Of a DNA stretch of 64,000 nt, positions 1 through 13,100 are shown piece by piece (position 1 is the stretch's first letter; every line of letters starts with the position of its first letter). The notes beneath the pieces were generated by a model. The model was not told where the DNA came from, did not search any database, and saw only the letters and a program-made list of their open reading frames with translations. Source of the DNA: Octopus sinensis (taxonomy: Eukaryota); the NCBI RefSeq assembly GCF_006345805.1, contig NC_042998.1:188852001-188916000 (forward strand), given 5' to 3'. The position numbers and the translations under genes were made by a program.

Positions 1-652
1 ACTGTTCTGTATATAGTCTTTTATTATTTTCATAATTTGTATATATTTATTTTATTATAAATGCAAGACAACACCACACACTCGCCTCCTGACTTTCGTT
101 TTCCATACAATATGTGCAATTCTTTGTTTACTCATCTACGGTACAAGGCGGCGAGCTGACAGAACCGTTAGTACGCCGGACGAAATGCGTAGCTGCATTT
201 CGTTTGCCGTTACGTTCTGAGTTCAAATTTCGCCGAGGTCGACTTAGCCTTTCATCCTTTCGGGGTCGATAAATTAAGTACCAGTTACGCACTGGGGTCG
301 ATATAATCGACTTAATACCTATGTCTGTCCTTGTTTGTCCCCTCTATGTTTAGCCCCTTGTGGGTAATAAAGAAATAGGTACACTACGTATTTTCTTTTA
401 ATATATTTAAATTAATGTGTTATACAGTACAGTACTGTACTGTATTTTTATTTATTAATTTTTTTAATTTTTAGGCGTGAAAGTGCTTACTTTACCACAA
501 AAATAATTAAAATCTAAAGAAATATAAATAGCTATCAGCCGGAGAAACCCACGATACACTGAGGAATCCGCGAGATAAATTTACATATATTAGTCTGAAA
601 AATCCGCGATGTACTGAGGATAGGTGAACCTCGGTATGGCGAGTGATTACTG
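1..652. mobile_element. Right end of a Tigger/pogo-like DNA transposon remnant (interrupted by a SINE)
   Basis: Terminus reads CAGTAATCACTCGCCATACCGAGGTTCACC on the minus strand, followed by TA at 653-654. Typical actgtactgta AT-rich subterminal sequence. The other end is not in the window. Confidence 0.55.
146..380 (+). mobile_element. tRNA-derived SINE, local family A, full length
   Basis: Head ggcggcgagctgacagaa with A box, B box gagttcaaattt, central gcctttcatcctttcggggtcgataaattaagtaccag, tail ending agaaataggt. Many copies occur in the window. Confidence 0.9.
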
Positions 653-719
653 TACGAAGTTAGACAAATGAAATACTTGATGGAAAAAGGCGTGAAAATA
701 TGAAACGAAATAACAATCA

Positions 720-1830
720 AAGAATTAGTGTAGTGAAAAGAATTATAGAGAATTTACCGTTTCAAGTCGTACCCTTTATCAAAGGAAAGGAAAAGAAATA
801 AGAGAGGTTAAGAAAGGAAACAGAAAGGATGCCAAATTTATGACGCCTGTTTACATCACAAGCATAAAATTATTTATAAAAAGGCAATTGGAGTGCTGCG
901 TAATAGGACGGAAAGAGCAAGCATGATCTTGTTATGCCGAGAGTAAGTGGGAGAAGAGAAGGAGAGGGAGCGTGATAGAACGAATGAGATTAAGTGGAGA
1001 GAGCAGGAGGAAAATGAGCAAGAAAGAGAGGAAAAAAGAAGTAGAAATAAGGTAGTGAATAAGGAAGGGGGAGAACGAGCGAGGGAGAAAATTGAGAGAG
1101 AATAGGAGAGGTCAAAATATCGGTTTGTATACGGTGTAGTTAAATGTTGAATGCGTCATCAATGTAGGTGTTTAAAGACATCTAATACTGACAAGAAATA
1201 TAAAGGTCGTACATTTATGTAACAGGCATTCATACAATCTCAGTCTTCCAGCTCGAATGTGAATACATATACATATATATATAAATACACACATACATCT
1301 ACGAAGTGTGTTAGATAGACCGTTGAAGAGATGAGATATTAAAGTGGAAGGTGAGAGGGAACGGTTGTGTGGTGGGGGTGCAATGCACAGAGGTGGACAT
1401 TTTTATTTGCCACGGCGTACAAACTGAAGGACCATCAATTGAGATTGGGTCTCATATTTGTGATCATGACTACAGAAGAGGCGAAGGCAGAAGAATAGAG
1501 AGTATGGGATGGGAAGTCTTGAGTGACTGAATGGAAGAGGCGAAATTGAGTTAAGACAGGGAGTTTGGTTTATAGAAGAAATCAGAGAAGGAGATGGTTA
1601 AGAAGTCAATAGTGACTGAGAAGTTAAGGAAACTGACAGAGGAGAGCGACAGATGATGGAGGTGAACTCAATGAAAGGGTAGAAATGTGTCGATGTACAG
1701 TACAGGTTTATGATCAGACCAGTAAATGTACCTAACAAAAAACATGTTAGCACAGCTAGGGACCGTTTTGATACAGCTGAGATGGCTTTGATAATAAGAA
1801 TATCTCGGAAAGAGCTGAAGGAGCTCTTTC
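720..1830 (-). mobile_element. Decayed Penelope-like retroelement (RT C-terminal half plus pLTR remnant)
   Basis: Frameshifted translation YYQ...PSCANMF...KPVLYID, SVSFLNFSVTI...FFYKP, IPYSLFFCLRLFCSHDHKYETQSQLMVLQFVRRG and PFPLTFH matches PLE RT/thumb motifs. Degenerate TTGATAA-AGGG..CTT-GAAAC motif at about 756-783. Confidence 0.7.
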
Positions 1831-1849
1831 AAGCTCATTTTCGGTCAAT

Positions 1850-2370
1850 TCTGTTGTGCCCCAGGGTTCTGTTTTGTTCCCATCCAACAACGTCACATTC
1901 TTATGCACACGGTACGATCTTTCATTCGAACTATGCATCAACCATAACAAAGTCTGGACACCTCACGCCAAACTTACACAGATTCCGTAAAAAAAAAAGA
2001 CCATAATTTCTTTAAGAGTATCCTCAAGTAAAGCCATGCCAGCCATATTCTTTTTAACAATAAAAACTTCAAGTACTACTCATATCGAGAAAATACCACG
2101 CTTTAGCTGAGTGTGACTCAGCTAAAACCCACACAGTCGCTCCATTGCAGGATATCACTATTAGCGAAGATATCTACTGACGAAAGCATGTCGTTTTCAT
2201 TAAATGCAAAGTCCAATGTGCCTTCTGCGTTGGTGAAACTAGCGCTTGGGTGATCGCTTTGGCAAGCAGTTTTCCAATATTCTTTAATGCATTCCAGGAA
2301 ATCCATGATTAATTATTTCGTCACACGATGTCCGCCAACCACATGGCGTCGCATTCCATGAAACACAAGG
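1850..2370 (+). pseudogene. Possible highly decayed RTE-type LINE 3' fragment
   Basis: Scattered motifs HLTPNL..R, FKSI, HILFN and TRCPPTTW resemble the RTE ORF C-terminus (DLTPEL, FKSI, AHLFN, GRPPTRW). Many stops and frameshifts. Confidence 0.35.
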
Positions 2371-2544
2371 AAGACTACCTCATGCTGTTAGTATATTCTA
2401 GTATATCTCTTGAGTTAGGCTAATGTTAGATATTATTCTTTTGGGAGTAATCGATTGGAGATTTGCATGATATGGATGACAAACATTACAATAACTATCA
2501 CAATATAAGCAATAAGAGCAGCAAGAACTGCAAAGAATTAAAAT

Positions 2545-2638
2545 GAAGAAGAAGAAGAAGAAAAGAAGAAGAAGAAGAAGAAGAAGAAACAAGAAGAAGA
2601 AGAAGAAGAAGAAGAAGAAGAAGAAGAAGAAGGAGAAG

Positions 2639-2670
<32 letters not shown>

Positions 2671-2685
2671 GAAGGAGAAGAAGTA

Positions 2686-2716
<31 letters not shown>

Positions 2717-2790
2717 AAGAAGAAGAAGAAGAAGAAGAAGAAGAAGAAGAAGAAGAAGAAGAAGAGCAACAACAACAACGATGACAGCAA
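2545..2790. repeat. (GAA)n then (CAA)n microsatellite
   Basis: Seen directly. Confidence 0.97.
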
Positions 2791-3148
2791 CAACAACAAT
2801 GATAATGGTAGGTGATGGTTCAGTCTATCGAAATTTGAATTATCTTCGATCCCTCATGTCTAATAGGTAATCTCTCTCCGTTATTTCCTTTTGCAGTCTT
2901 TATCTTTATCTTAACTCCTTTTGCTTCGCTTTTTTTTGGCTGCTCATATATCCGTACAGCGTCTGTGTACTTTGTGTGTACTTAAGCGTATGCGATATTC
3001 AATTATAAATGTTATGATGTTCCCTCAGCTTCATAAAGAAGAATGGTGAGTGGCGAAATTTTAAATATTTTATCTTTGTTGATTCCCTTGCCACACACAT
3101 ACGAATACGCACATACATACACACTCATATATACACACACACATATAC

Positions 3149-3227
<79 letters not shown>

Positions 3228-3242
3228 CATGTATATATACAT

Positions 3243-3447
3243 ATGCTGGATCGTTAGCCCCTACACGCAATTTTTTTCCTCTCCTTGTTTCTTTTCTGTG
3301 TATCTTTCTGTCGAAGAGCGTAGGCTCGAAACATAAAATACTTTTTTTATTTCTATTCCTGAGCGCCATACTAATACATTGTTTGTTTGTACTCCACCTG
3401 CCTTCGTCTTTTGTTTATTTTCGTAAACCTTCCCGTTATATATATAT
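3243..3447 (+). mobile_element. Short PLE pLTR-like repeat embedded in (TA)n
   Basis: Contains ctgtcgaa-gag-cgtagg-ctc-gaaacat (hammerhead-like core). Its 3' 90 bp recur at 4832-4921. Both copies are flanked by (TA)n. Confidence 0.55.
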
Positions 3448-3715
3448 ATATACAGATATATTGGCAACCAAAAAGCGAAGAATAGAAGGTAAATATAAAA
3501 AGAACATACACCCACATACATATCTTGCTCTCTTTATTTACATGTCTCTTTTTTTTTCTTTTTTTTTTTCATAGTCATTGGTTGTCTCTTTCTCTCTCCC
3601 CTCCGTCCGCTATTTCCGTTTTCCTAAACAGGGTGGCTGTATATGTAAGTCTCGACCAGATAAATGCGAAGTTAAATGCGAAATGATATAAAATTGTGCG
3701 TATTTGTGTGTGCAT

Positions 3716-3718
<3 letters not shown>

Positions 3719-3758
<40 letters not shown>

Positions 3759-4202
3759 GGAGAGAAAGAGAGGGAGAGAAAGAGAGGGAGAGAAAGAGAG
3801 GGAGAGAAAGAGAGGGAGATAAAGAGAGACAAAGACAGAGAAAGAGAGAGAGAGAGAGGGAGACAGAGACAGAGACAGAGAGAAAGAGAGAGAGCAAGAG
3901 AGAGACAGAGACAGAGAGAGAGAAAGAGAGAGAGAGAAAGAGAGAGAGAGGAAGAGAGAGAGTGAAAGAGAGAGTGAAAGAGAGAGTGAAAGAGAGAGAG
4001 AAAGAGAGAGAGTGAAAGAGAGAGAGGGAGAGAAAGAGAGAGAGAGAGAGAGGGAGACACAGACAGAGCGAGAGAAAGAGAGAAAGAGAGAGAGAGAAAG
4101 AGAGAGAGGGAAAAAGAGAGACAGAGAGAAAGAGAGACAGAGAAAAAGAAACAGAGAAAGAGGTGGGAGTTATGTAAAAGAGCAAAGAAGGGAGAGAGAG
4201 AA
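3719..4202. repeat. Compound (GA)n purine tract
   Basis: Seen directly; it explains the RE/SL ORF artefacts. Confidence 0.97.
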
Positions 4203-4519
4203 AAACAGATGGTGACAATATGACAAAAGACTACAAATAACGCAAAGTGTCAGGAGACCAATTTCGAAAGAGCAGGTGATGGATCATGTGACCAAGAGAC
4301 AAGAGACACTACACTGATATTTCAGTCATGTTTACATGGTATGTCATTGTTGTACTTTCCTTTTTATGTCATATATAAATCTAACAATGATTAGAAATCT
4401 AACGAGTATTAGTGATAGAAATAAAAGCCGATTTATTGTTTTCAGGGACGCTTAGAGGCACCACAAATATATTGAAAAATATTCAAGATATAAATGTGCA
4501 TTTGTGCCAGTGTGTGCAT

Positions 4520-4787
4520 GTGCGTGTGCGTGCGTATGTGTGTGTGTGTGTGTGTGTTTGTGCGCGCATAGATGTATGAAAATTATACATTAGTTAAAGT
4601 GCACAAAAAACATACCCACCAACGTACACACTCACCCACGAACACAAAACACACACGCACAGAATCACACGTTCATACACAGGTATGCACATACACACGC
4701 ATATATATCTTATATATTACATAACATATAAATATGTAATCATATATACATACATAGAAACATATAGCTAGCATATATATATATCTT

Positions 4788-4837
<50 letters not shown>

Positions 4838-4931
4838 ATTCCTGACGCTATACCTATACAATTGTTTGTTTATATTCCACCTGCCTTCGTCTTTTGTTTA
4901 TTTTCATAAAGCTTCCCGTTATATATTATAT

Positions 4932-4962
<31 letters not shown>

Positions 4963-5109
4963 ATATATATATATATATTAGATAGATATATAGATAGATA
5001 GATAGATAGATGTGTTTTTGTGTGTGTATGTATTCAGATAAATGAAAAGACAACAACATGTAAATATGGCATACCTGTATGTATGTGTGTGTGTGTGTGT
5101 GTGTGTGTG

Positions 5110-5147
<38 letters not shown>

Positions 5148-5154
5148 ATATATA

Positions 5155-5200
<46 letters not shown>

Positions 5201-5210
5201 CATATATGCA
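4520..5210. repeat. Mixed (TG)n/(CA)n/(TA)n/(GATA)n microsatellite cluster
   Basis: Seen directly. Confidence 0.93.
4832..4921 (+). mobile_element. Second, 5'-truncated copy of the 3243-3447 repeat
   Basis: Shares tccacctgccttcgtcttttgtttattttc..aaa..ttcccgtta with 3393-3447. Confidence 0.75.
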
Positions 5211-7419
5211 GCATATGTGGGCACAGGACGTCACGAAACGTATACAACAAAAAGTACGAAGCATGAGTACATGGAACATGAACTATTCTTTCGAACAACG
5301 AAAGACACAAATGGAAAACAAAGCAAAAAACATAAAGAACGACCCTTCATCTGTTGTTGGTTGTTTTTCTAGTCTCGTATTTCGAGCATTTAACAACAAT
5401 ATATGCTTTCGATAAAACAGTTACTCCTGCAAAGCAAATTAAATAAAATATGGGATTTTGCGGAGGGTCAGAATTGGTAACACAAACAGGACAGTGCAAA
5501 CAAACAGGAAGGGCTGCTAGGCCTAAACGAGGTTGTGGTGGCGAACGCGTAATTCAAGCTTGGACAGGAGATAAACAATTTTGTCAATGAATTCCGAGAT
5601 GCAGCACGGAATTTGGTCAGTGACCAGGTCGCGGTCTCAAAGCGACGAAAATATTTTGACAAATTAAATTTAAATGTTGAAGTTAATCTAACGGTTTTTG
5701 TGTGTGTCTTAAATGGCTTATAAACACCTTCCACGCTGCAATTGTAAAATTTAGTTGCTCCACTATTACTGTCTAGTGGAATTATTTTCATAAAACTAAC
5801 GGAATTATCGAACGGAATTATTTGTTTCTTTAGTTATTTGTTCGATTCTGTCTATGTAGTTTCTTCAAAGTTAGAAAAATAGTACCAGTAACGTTCAGGG
5901 CCGATGATATCGGCTAAAACTTCCCCTCAAATTTGCTGGCCATGTAACTATCATTATCGTTATAGGATAATAAAAATAATATTCTTATTCAGCACATTAG
6001 CAACCGAGAGTCAATACAGCGATGCAATAAATAACAATGTAAACGACAAGAAATCAGTTTTAATATAATTTAATTTATAAGTTTCATTTTATAAATTCTT
6101 AAATATATGTTTGTGTTTTTTAACATTTTCTCTTCCAGTGTAAAAAGTATTAAATTTGGAACAAAACCAAAACGTTACATTGCCATATTAGTTGTATTCA
6201 CAGCAAAAATCCATTTGAAGTTTTAACTCGCTCAAAAATATTGAGTGTGAGATGTGTGCTTGCAAGCATGTGTCTGTGTTGTGAATATATATGTATGAAA
6301 ATGTTCCTCGTTTACAGAACTAAACTATACACATTCATATAATCGATATCAAATCTCTCCAAGTTGATAAAATCAACTGTTGCAGAAAAATGTTTGTATT
6401 GCAAGTAAATTAATTCAGAAAATAAGGAACTAAATTCTATCCACATTATGCTTTTATTGTTATATATATTTTTTCATCAATCTTTCACAAACAAATATTT
6501 TGTAAGTTAAATTATAAAATAAGTTAAAAACTATTTGTTATATGTACATAAGTTTCTTAATGTTTTCTAAATTCAAAATTTGTTTAGTAGAAATACAGAT
6601 TTTTGGTGGGGATTTTTTTGCCAGTTTTGAATGTATTTTTCGTTTTGCTTCTTTACCCTCATGTTACAAGTTCGAACATCCTTAGAAATTTAACAGCAAG
6701 GACTTGGACTGAAGTTCCTCAATTAGGCTATCGATATAATTACTAGAGCTGTGTTAGTACTACTTTCAAAATCAGTTTGAAATTTATGGTTTAAAATAAA
6801 AATCAAATAATTAATAATATATGGTGTTTTACTTCATACTTTAATGATGTAGGACATGAAGATGAAATAATTTGACAAAATTTAATATCAGAACCTTCTA
6901 ATATGCTAATCGATCGATATTCCATAAATCTCGGTAGCAAAGCGATAAGCTCCCACATCTCTTATTCGCTTTTAATGCCAGTTTGCTTCTCTCGAGCCGC
7001 GAGTTCTTTGGAAAAGTGAAGTCACAATATCGCATTTGGATTTTACATCTAATCAAAAAGCTTACAATATAAGGCAGTATTGAACTTGATCAATAACTTT
7101 AATTGTATTCGGCCCTTTTAAATTCGTGCCCATATGCATCTGAGAGTTAATTCAAACTTCTTCAGAGATTATAGTGATGAAAATGAGGTGAAATGAACCT
7201 TCCTCCATTCAACCCTACTATCATCTACTACAATAGATTGAGTAATTTAAAAGATAGTATATTTTATTGCAAGGATTTTAGCCAATCGAGTTGTTACATC
7301 AAGCCTCCTCACCAAATAGTTGCCAGTTCCTTGACACTCACCGGCATTAAAAAGGAGGACAATTAAATCGATTAAACCCTCCTTTGACATAATGAAATAG
7401 TGTACTTTTCATAAAAATC

Positions 7420-7620
7420 ATCATTATTATCGTTTGAAATATAGCATCCTCCAAGTTTGTAATTTTTTTCTCTCTTGTATAGTGTTGTGTGGACGCCCCC
7501 ATACGATGAAGTAGGCTAGCCCAATACGTAGATATGGTGGAAGAAGCCAAGACATCAGAGAGCAGAGAGTAGCGGTGAGAGCAGAGTTGAGTAGAGTCAT
7601 CCGAACGTGCGACATAACAT
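7420..7620 (-). pseudogene. Possible decayed RTE-type LINE 3' end
   Basis: LLSDVL...MGRPHNTIQ resembles the RTE C-terminal SDxL...GRPxxTY, followed by an ataataatgat tail. Weak. Confidence 0.3.
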
Positions 7621-7623
7621 ATA

Positions 7624-7766
7624 TATTTCTTTACTACCCACAAGGGGATAAACATAGAGGGGACAAACAAGGACAGACAAAGGAATTAAGTCGATTACAT
7701 CGACCCCAGTGCGTAACTGGTACTTAATTTATCGACCCCGAAAGGATGAAAGGCAAAGTCAACCTC
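7624..7766 (-). mobile_element. SINE family A, 5'-truncated
   Basis: Reverse complement of the family A centre and tail. Confidence 0.88.
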
Positions 7767-8153
7767 ATTATGTGTACATTACTATTACCGATTGACTATC
7801 AGCCAGTCAAGCAGCATTCTTTGTTTCTATTCTTATTTTCGCTTTTAATGTATATTTAATTGTAATTCATACTCAATATTATTCTCCTGCAATTTTTTTC
7901 AAAATGTAAATAAACTTGACATATACCTATCATTTCATATAATTCACTTTCATTTATTTACCATGCTCTATGATGTTTTACGTAATATATTATATAATAA
8001 ATTTAAACACTTATAACCAATTGCATATGAATATACAGTACCTGACATAACTACGATGGAATTTTAACAGGTAAGTACTGTAAAATTATAACCATAAATT
8101 AAATTTTTAATGGAACACAGCATACTTCTAGCCATCATAAATGAATACTAAGT

Positions 8154-8541
8154 GGATGGAAGCACTCCGTCGGTTACGACGACGAGGGTTCCGGTTGATC
8201 CGAATCAACGGAACAGCCTGCTCGTGAAATTAACGTGTAAGTGGCTGAGCACTCCACAGACACGTGTACCCTTAACGTAGTTCTCGGGGATATTCAGCGT
8301 GACACAGAGAGTGACAAGGCCGGCCCTTTGAAATACAGGTACAACAGAAACAGGAAGTAAGAATGAGAGAAAGTTGTGGTGAAAGAGTACAGTAGGGATC
8401 ACCACCATCCCCTGTCGGAGCCTCGTGGAGCTTTAGGTGTTTTCGCTCAATAAACACTCACAACGCCCGGTCTGGGAATCGAAACCGCGATCCTACGGCC
8501 GCGAGTCCGCTGCCCTAACTACTGGGCCATTGCGCCTCCAC
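8154..8541 (-). mobile_element. tRNA-derived SINE, local family C, full length with TSD
   Basis: Head gtggaggcgcaatggcccagtagttagggcagc...gtttcgattccc. 11-bp TSD with one mismatch: gaatactaagt (8143-8153) and gaatgctaagt (8542-8552). Confidence 0.9.
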
Positions 8542-8638
8542 GAATGCTAAGTACGCGGAGCAAGAAATAAAAGCTTAGTCAATGAGGAAACTCTTTGATA
8601 CCGAAAATTAAATGCAGGATAATCAAAGCTTCACTTAC

Positions 8639-8932
8639 CAGAAATTATGTTGTAATCAATTCTCTTTTGAGTATTTAACTCAGATGGCGTTTGTACAAGA
8701 CGTCCAAATATTAGTCTGTGATTGCAAGCTTCAACTCTGTAATCCATTGTATCAGGTTCGTCGAAGCAATATTTCTCGTATGACAAATTTGTTTTCTGTT
8801 GACAATTTTTTTCACCACTAAGGGTTTCTATATTAGAGTCAATTATTAGAGTTACCGTTGTATGGGCCTTATGGTTCTTTAGTCCATGCCTTAGTGAGGC
8901 GAGAACGGTCAACCGCAAAGAACACTCTACAC
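8639..8932 (-). CDS. Ret: Ret-like coding exon 3 (end of CLD1 and start of CLD2)
   Basis: Acceptor acttaaccttttcacAG|GT, donor TCTG|GTAAGT, 294 nt, phase 1/1, open. Translation GVECSLRLTVLASLRHG...YCFDEPDTMDYRVE...RIDYNIISG aligns with human RET ELCFPETRPSFRIREN...VAYRLLEG, ending at the same intron position. Confidence 0.8.
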
Positions 8933-8982
8933 CTGTGAAAAGGTTAAGTAATAATAACATGAAGTAGAAATATAAAACCAGA

Positions 8983-8983
<1 letters not shown>

Positions 8984-9013
<30 letters not shown>

Positions 9014-9021
9014 TAATAATA

Positions 9022-9062
<41 letters not shown>

Positions 9063-9080
9063 GCAACAACAACAACAATA
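8984..9080. repeat. (AAT)n/(AAC)n just upstream of the exon 3 acceptor
   Basis: Seen directly. Confidence 0.95.
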
Positions 9081-9608
9081 AAGATTTTTAATATAACCTA
9101 AAAATCTTGGGAGAGATTTTTTAGGTCGACCTAAATAATTGACTGTTATTTTTTCTATCGAAAAAGGACTTCACAAAAATGTGCATAACAAGTTTACACC
9201 AGTATTCTACAGTTTCTGGCCATAAAAAAAAAAACATAATAATAGTTTCTATCATTGGCATAAAAACAAATCTTTTGGGTCAGAGAACAGTCAAATAAAT
9301 CCATCTCAAAGCCTATCTAATCTTGACCCCAAAAAGGATGAAAGGCAAAGTAAAAAGCGTTCTTGATCTGGACTTACAAAGAAATGGAGCATATCTAAAT
9401 AATGCAAGTTATGCACTGGCAATCCAGTGATCCATCACCTTGTGTGTTGTCTCCTGTTTTTTTATAAAATTCCATGGTTCGTTAGCATTTTTAGCTATTT
9501 ACATGCTCAATTTGTTGTCGTTGATGAGGCTTAAGTTTGCTTAAAACAACAAAAAACATTGCAATAAAAACTTCTGTGTATGAAACCATGCCTATATATT
9601 AAAACAAG

Positions 9609-10118
9609 ATGATGATGTTGATGATGGTGGTTGTGGTAGTGGTGGTCGTGGAGGTTGTTGTTGTTGTTATTGTTGTTGTTGTTGGTGGTGGTGGTGGTGG
9701 TGGCGGTGGTGGTGGTGGTGGTGTTGGTGGTGGCGGTGGCGGTGGTGGTGGTGGTGGTGTGGTGGTGGTGGTGGTGGCGGCGGCGGTGGTGGTGGAGGTG
9801 GTGGTGGTGGTGGTGACGACGGCAGCTGATGGAAGACAACAGTGACGATGGATGATGACGATGACATTGACAGCGGCTGTGGGACGGTGACAGCGTTTGC
9901 AGCGTTAACGGTGGTGATGGCGATGGCGGCGGCAATGATGATGATGATGATAATGAGGAGGAGGAGGAAAAAGAAGAAGAAGAAGGAGAAGAAGAAGAAG
10001 AAGAAGGAGGAGGAGGAGGAGGAGGAGGAGAAGAAGAAGAGAAGAAGAAGAAGAAGAAGAAAAGAAGAAGAAGAAGAAGAAGAAGAAGAAGAAGAAGAAG
10101 AAGAAGAAGAAGAAGAAA
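9609..10118. repeat. Compound trinucleotide array (GTT/GGT/GAT/GAG/GAA)
   Basis: Seen directly. Confidence 0.96.
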
Positions 10119-10722
10119 ACTAACTTGAAATGAAATGTATGAGAAGAAAATACGATTGTTACAGTTCTACTCGATTTCCATATTGTTGTCTGAAGAAATA
10201 TTATAAAAGTAAGGCGTTAAAGAACGCCATTAAAATAGGCAAGTTTATAAATCAATGAGATTTCAAAGTAGAAACTGCTAAATTAACCAGACTTGCCACA
10301 TTAAAATTCTAAAGTCATCATGAATAAACGACAATTTTTTAAAGGTTATCGTCAATTATTCAAGATAAATGGCTCAGCTAATTTACTCTGGCACTGTTTT
10401 CTATCTTGGAGAGATGGAAGCTAAATGCTTCGATTCAACAAAATTTGAAATCGAACTCAATCACAAACATAAAAACTGAATTCGTAAAAGAGGAGAAATA
10501 CGAAATGTAATGCGGTTTTTAGTTACGACCGATTTCATTCTGAGCTCGAATCTCGTCAATATCAATTCTGTCCTTCATTTTGTCCAGTAGTCATCTGAAT
10601 CTACTTTTCTTTCTTTCGATGAAAGGCTACGCAAGGACCTCGAAAACGAATAAATGATTTCAATTTCTTTCTGAGTAACATCAAAATTATGTATCAAAAC
10701 AAAAAGGCGAATGAAGTATGCA

Positions 10723-11075
10723 TACTCTCTCTTTTACTCTTTTACTTGCTTCAGTCATTTGACTGCGGCCATGCTGGAGCACCGCCTTTAATCGAGCTTA
10801 TTCTTTTGTAAGCCCAGTACTTATTCTATCGGTCTCTTTTGCCGAACCGCTAAGTAACGGAGACATAAACACACTCACACAAACACACACACGCATATAT
10901 ATATATACATATATACGACGGACTTCTTTCAGTTGACGTCTACCAAATCCACTCACAAGGCTTTGGTCGGCCCGAGGCTATAGTAGAAGACACTTGCCCA
11001 AGGTGCCACGCAGTGGGACTGAACCCGGAACCATGTGGCTGGTAAACAAGCTACTTACCACACAGCCACTCGTGC
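10723..11075 (-). mobile_element. tRNA-derived SINE, local family B
   Basis: Head gagtggctgtgtggtaagtagcttg...ggttccgggttcagtccca, internal (TA)/(TG) microsatellite, (gagtaaaa)n tail. Homologous to 15329, 45364 and 48284. Confidence 0.9.
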
Positions 11076-11769
11076 AGAATATTTTTTTTAATGCATTATC
11101 GTGCAGTTTATTGGTATAAAAAATAAACATTGAAACAATTAACGCCATTGCTACGAACTTGAATTAACATGAACGTCAACAACCGTGTCCAGCTTTTAAT
11201 CCCTAATAGTTTCCGATTTTATATTGACATATATAGGAGTATATATGCATGTATGACAAATGGATACTTAGACAGAGAAGGAGAGAGAGAGAGAGGAGGG
11301 GAGAGTGAGGAGAGTAGAGGTGGAGAGACAATATTGATTAATTAATACATTTTCAACCTCCTCTGGTCATGATTGATCATGTCTTTTAGCACCCAGAAAA
11401 ATTACTGGCCTGGACTAGGGTGTCCTTCTGCCTGTGTTGTGCATGTAAGACTAACAGTTTACAACCCATGGAAGTTTTCCCTCTTCACGCTGCCGATAAT
11501 GTCCATAGGAAACCATATGTATACATATATGTATGTATGTATATATGTATGAATATATGTGTGTATATGAAGAATAGATAGTAAGAAAGAAAATCATAGA
11601 GACAGCATTGTTTAAGCTATTTATTTAGTTTTCACTATATATACGTATGCTTGTGTGTATGCATGCTTGTGTGTATATATATATACACACACATGTATGT
11701 ATGTTTGTGTGTGTATATATATTTATACATACACACTTACATGTATACAACATATTCTCCTAAACACAC

Positions 11770-11814
<45 letters not shown>

Positions 11815-12079
11815 TATGTTTGTATATATATCATAATTATAAAACTCACCTATTTACTATACGTATAAATATGTGATGATACAAGTTTACTGTAGTAAAT
11901 GAATTTTATACATGTTTCTGATAAGTCAACTTTCGAAAGTATCAATATAATGATACGGCTTAAGTTGTATATATTATATGATAATGTAGCAATACTCTTG
12001 ATTACGAAACTCGATGAAACAATTGTAAATTTATGTAATAGAACGACTTGCTCTCTCCACTCTCCTTGTTAATAATTAT

Positions 12080-12212
<133 letters not shown>

Positions 12213-12938
12213 ATATATATATTATGTCTGTATATTCCGTCTCTATAGAAAATTAAGATGAAGACGTAGCTATGCCTTTATATTAAAAATGACAGACATA
12301 TGAAGTATTTAAAAACCTTTTGCTTTGGATTTGGTGGGGAAATAATGTTATTTTCTGTAACATAACAATATTTAATTATCATTTTCAAGAACATTCAAGT
12401 ACATGGGCATACTAGTATGATACATACATACACACAGACTCGCGTGTGCATGTGTATGTGTGTATTTATGTATGTGTGCGTGTATGTAGGTGATTTGTAT
12501 ACATACATAATTTGTGTATATGTTGAAAGCTTTTCTAAACTTCGCCGGTTTTTGTCTTGAGAAAGTATCACTTACAGGCATGTAGTGTTAAAAAAAAAGA
12601 GAGCAGCAGCAGGCGGAGGTCGCCCTTCCCATAACTGACAATATTTGTATTGATTAGTATTTAGCCATTTTATTCGTTTCAGTACATATTTTGTTTAGAT
12701 CCCGTTTTTGTTTACTTTTAAAATCAGTTCCGGTTTCACATCCGTCATAAGTGCATTGCTATTTCTTTTGTACAGTACACAGATAGATAGAGGAGGATGT
12801 AAATAAAATATTAAAAGAAAAATATTTCGATGATACACTAGATAGTGTTTATGAAGGACATTATATTTAACTATTTAAACATATCTATTCATAGCAAGGA
12901 AAGTACATATGTCTCGCACACGCGCACACACATAAGGT

Positions 12939-13021
<83 letters not shown>

Positions 13022-13032
13022 GACAGATAGAC

Positions 13033-13100
<68 letters not shown>
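12939..13100. repeat. (GATA)n
   Basis: Seen directly. Confidence 0.97.

Noticed and set aside
5330-5430. Strong minus-strand acceptor (tttgctttgcAG at about 5428) as Ret exon 4
   Set aside because: The phase-1 frame stops after 27 codons with no good donor and no LDRE/DxND-type motif.
7340-7520. Minus frame GGVHTTLYKREKNYKLGGCY near a GTGAGT donor at about 7341 as Ret exon 4
   Set aside because: The frame stops before the donor and the nearest acceptor has the wrong phase.
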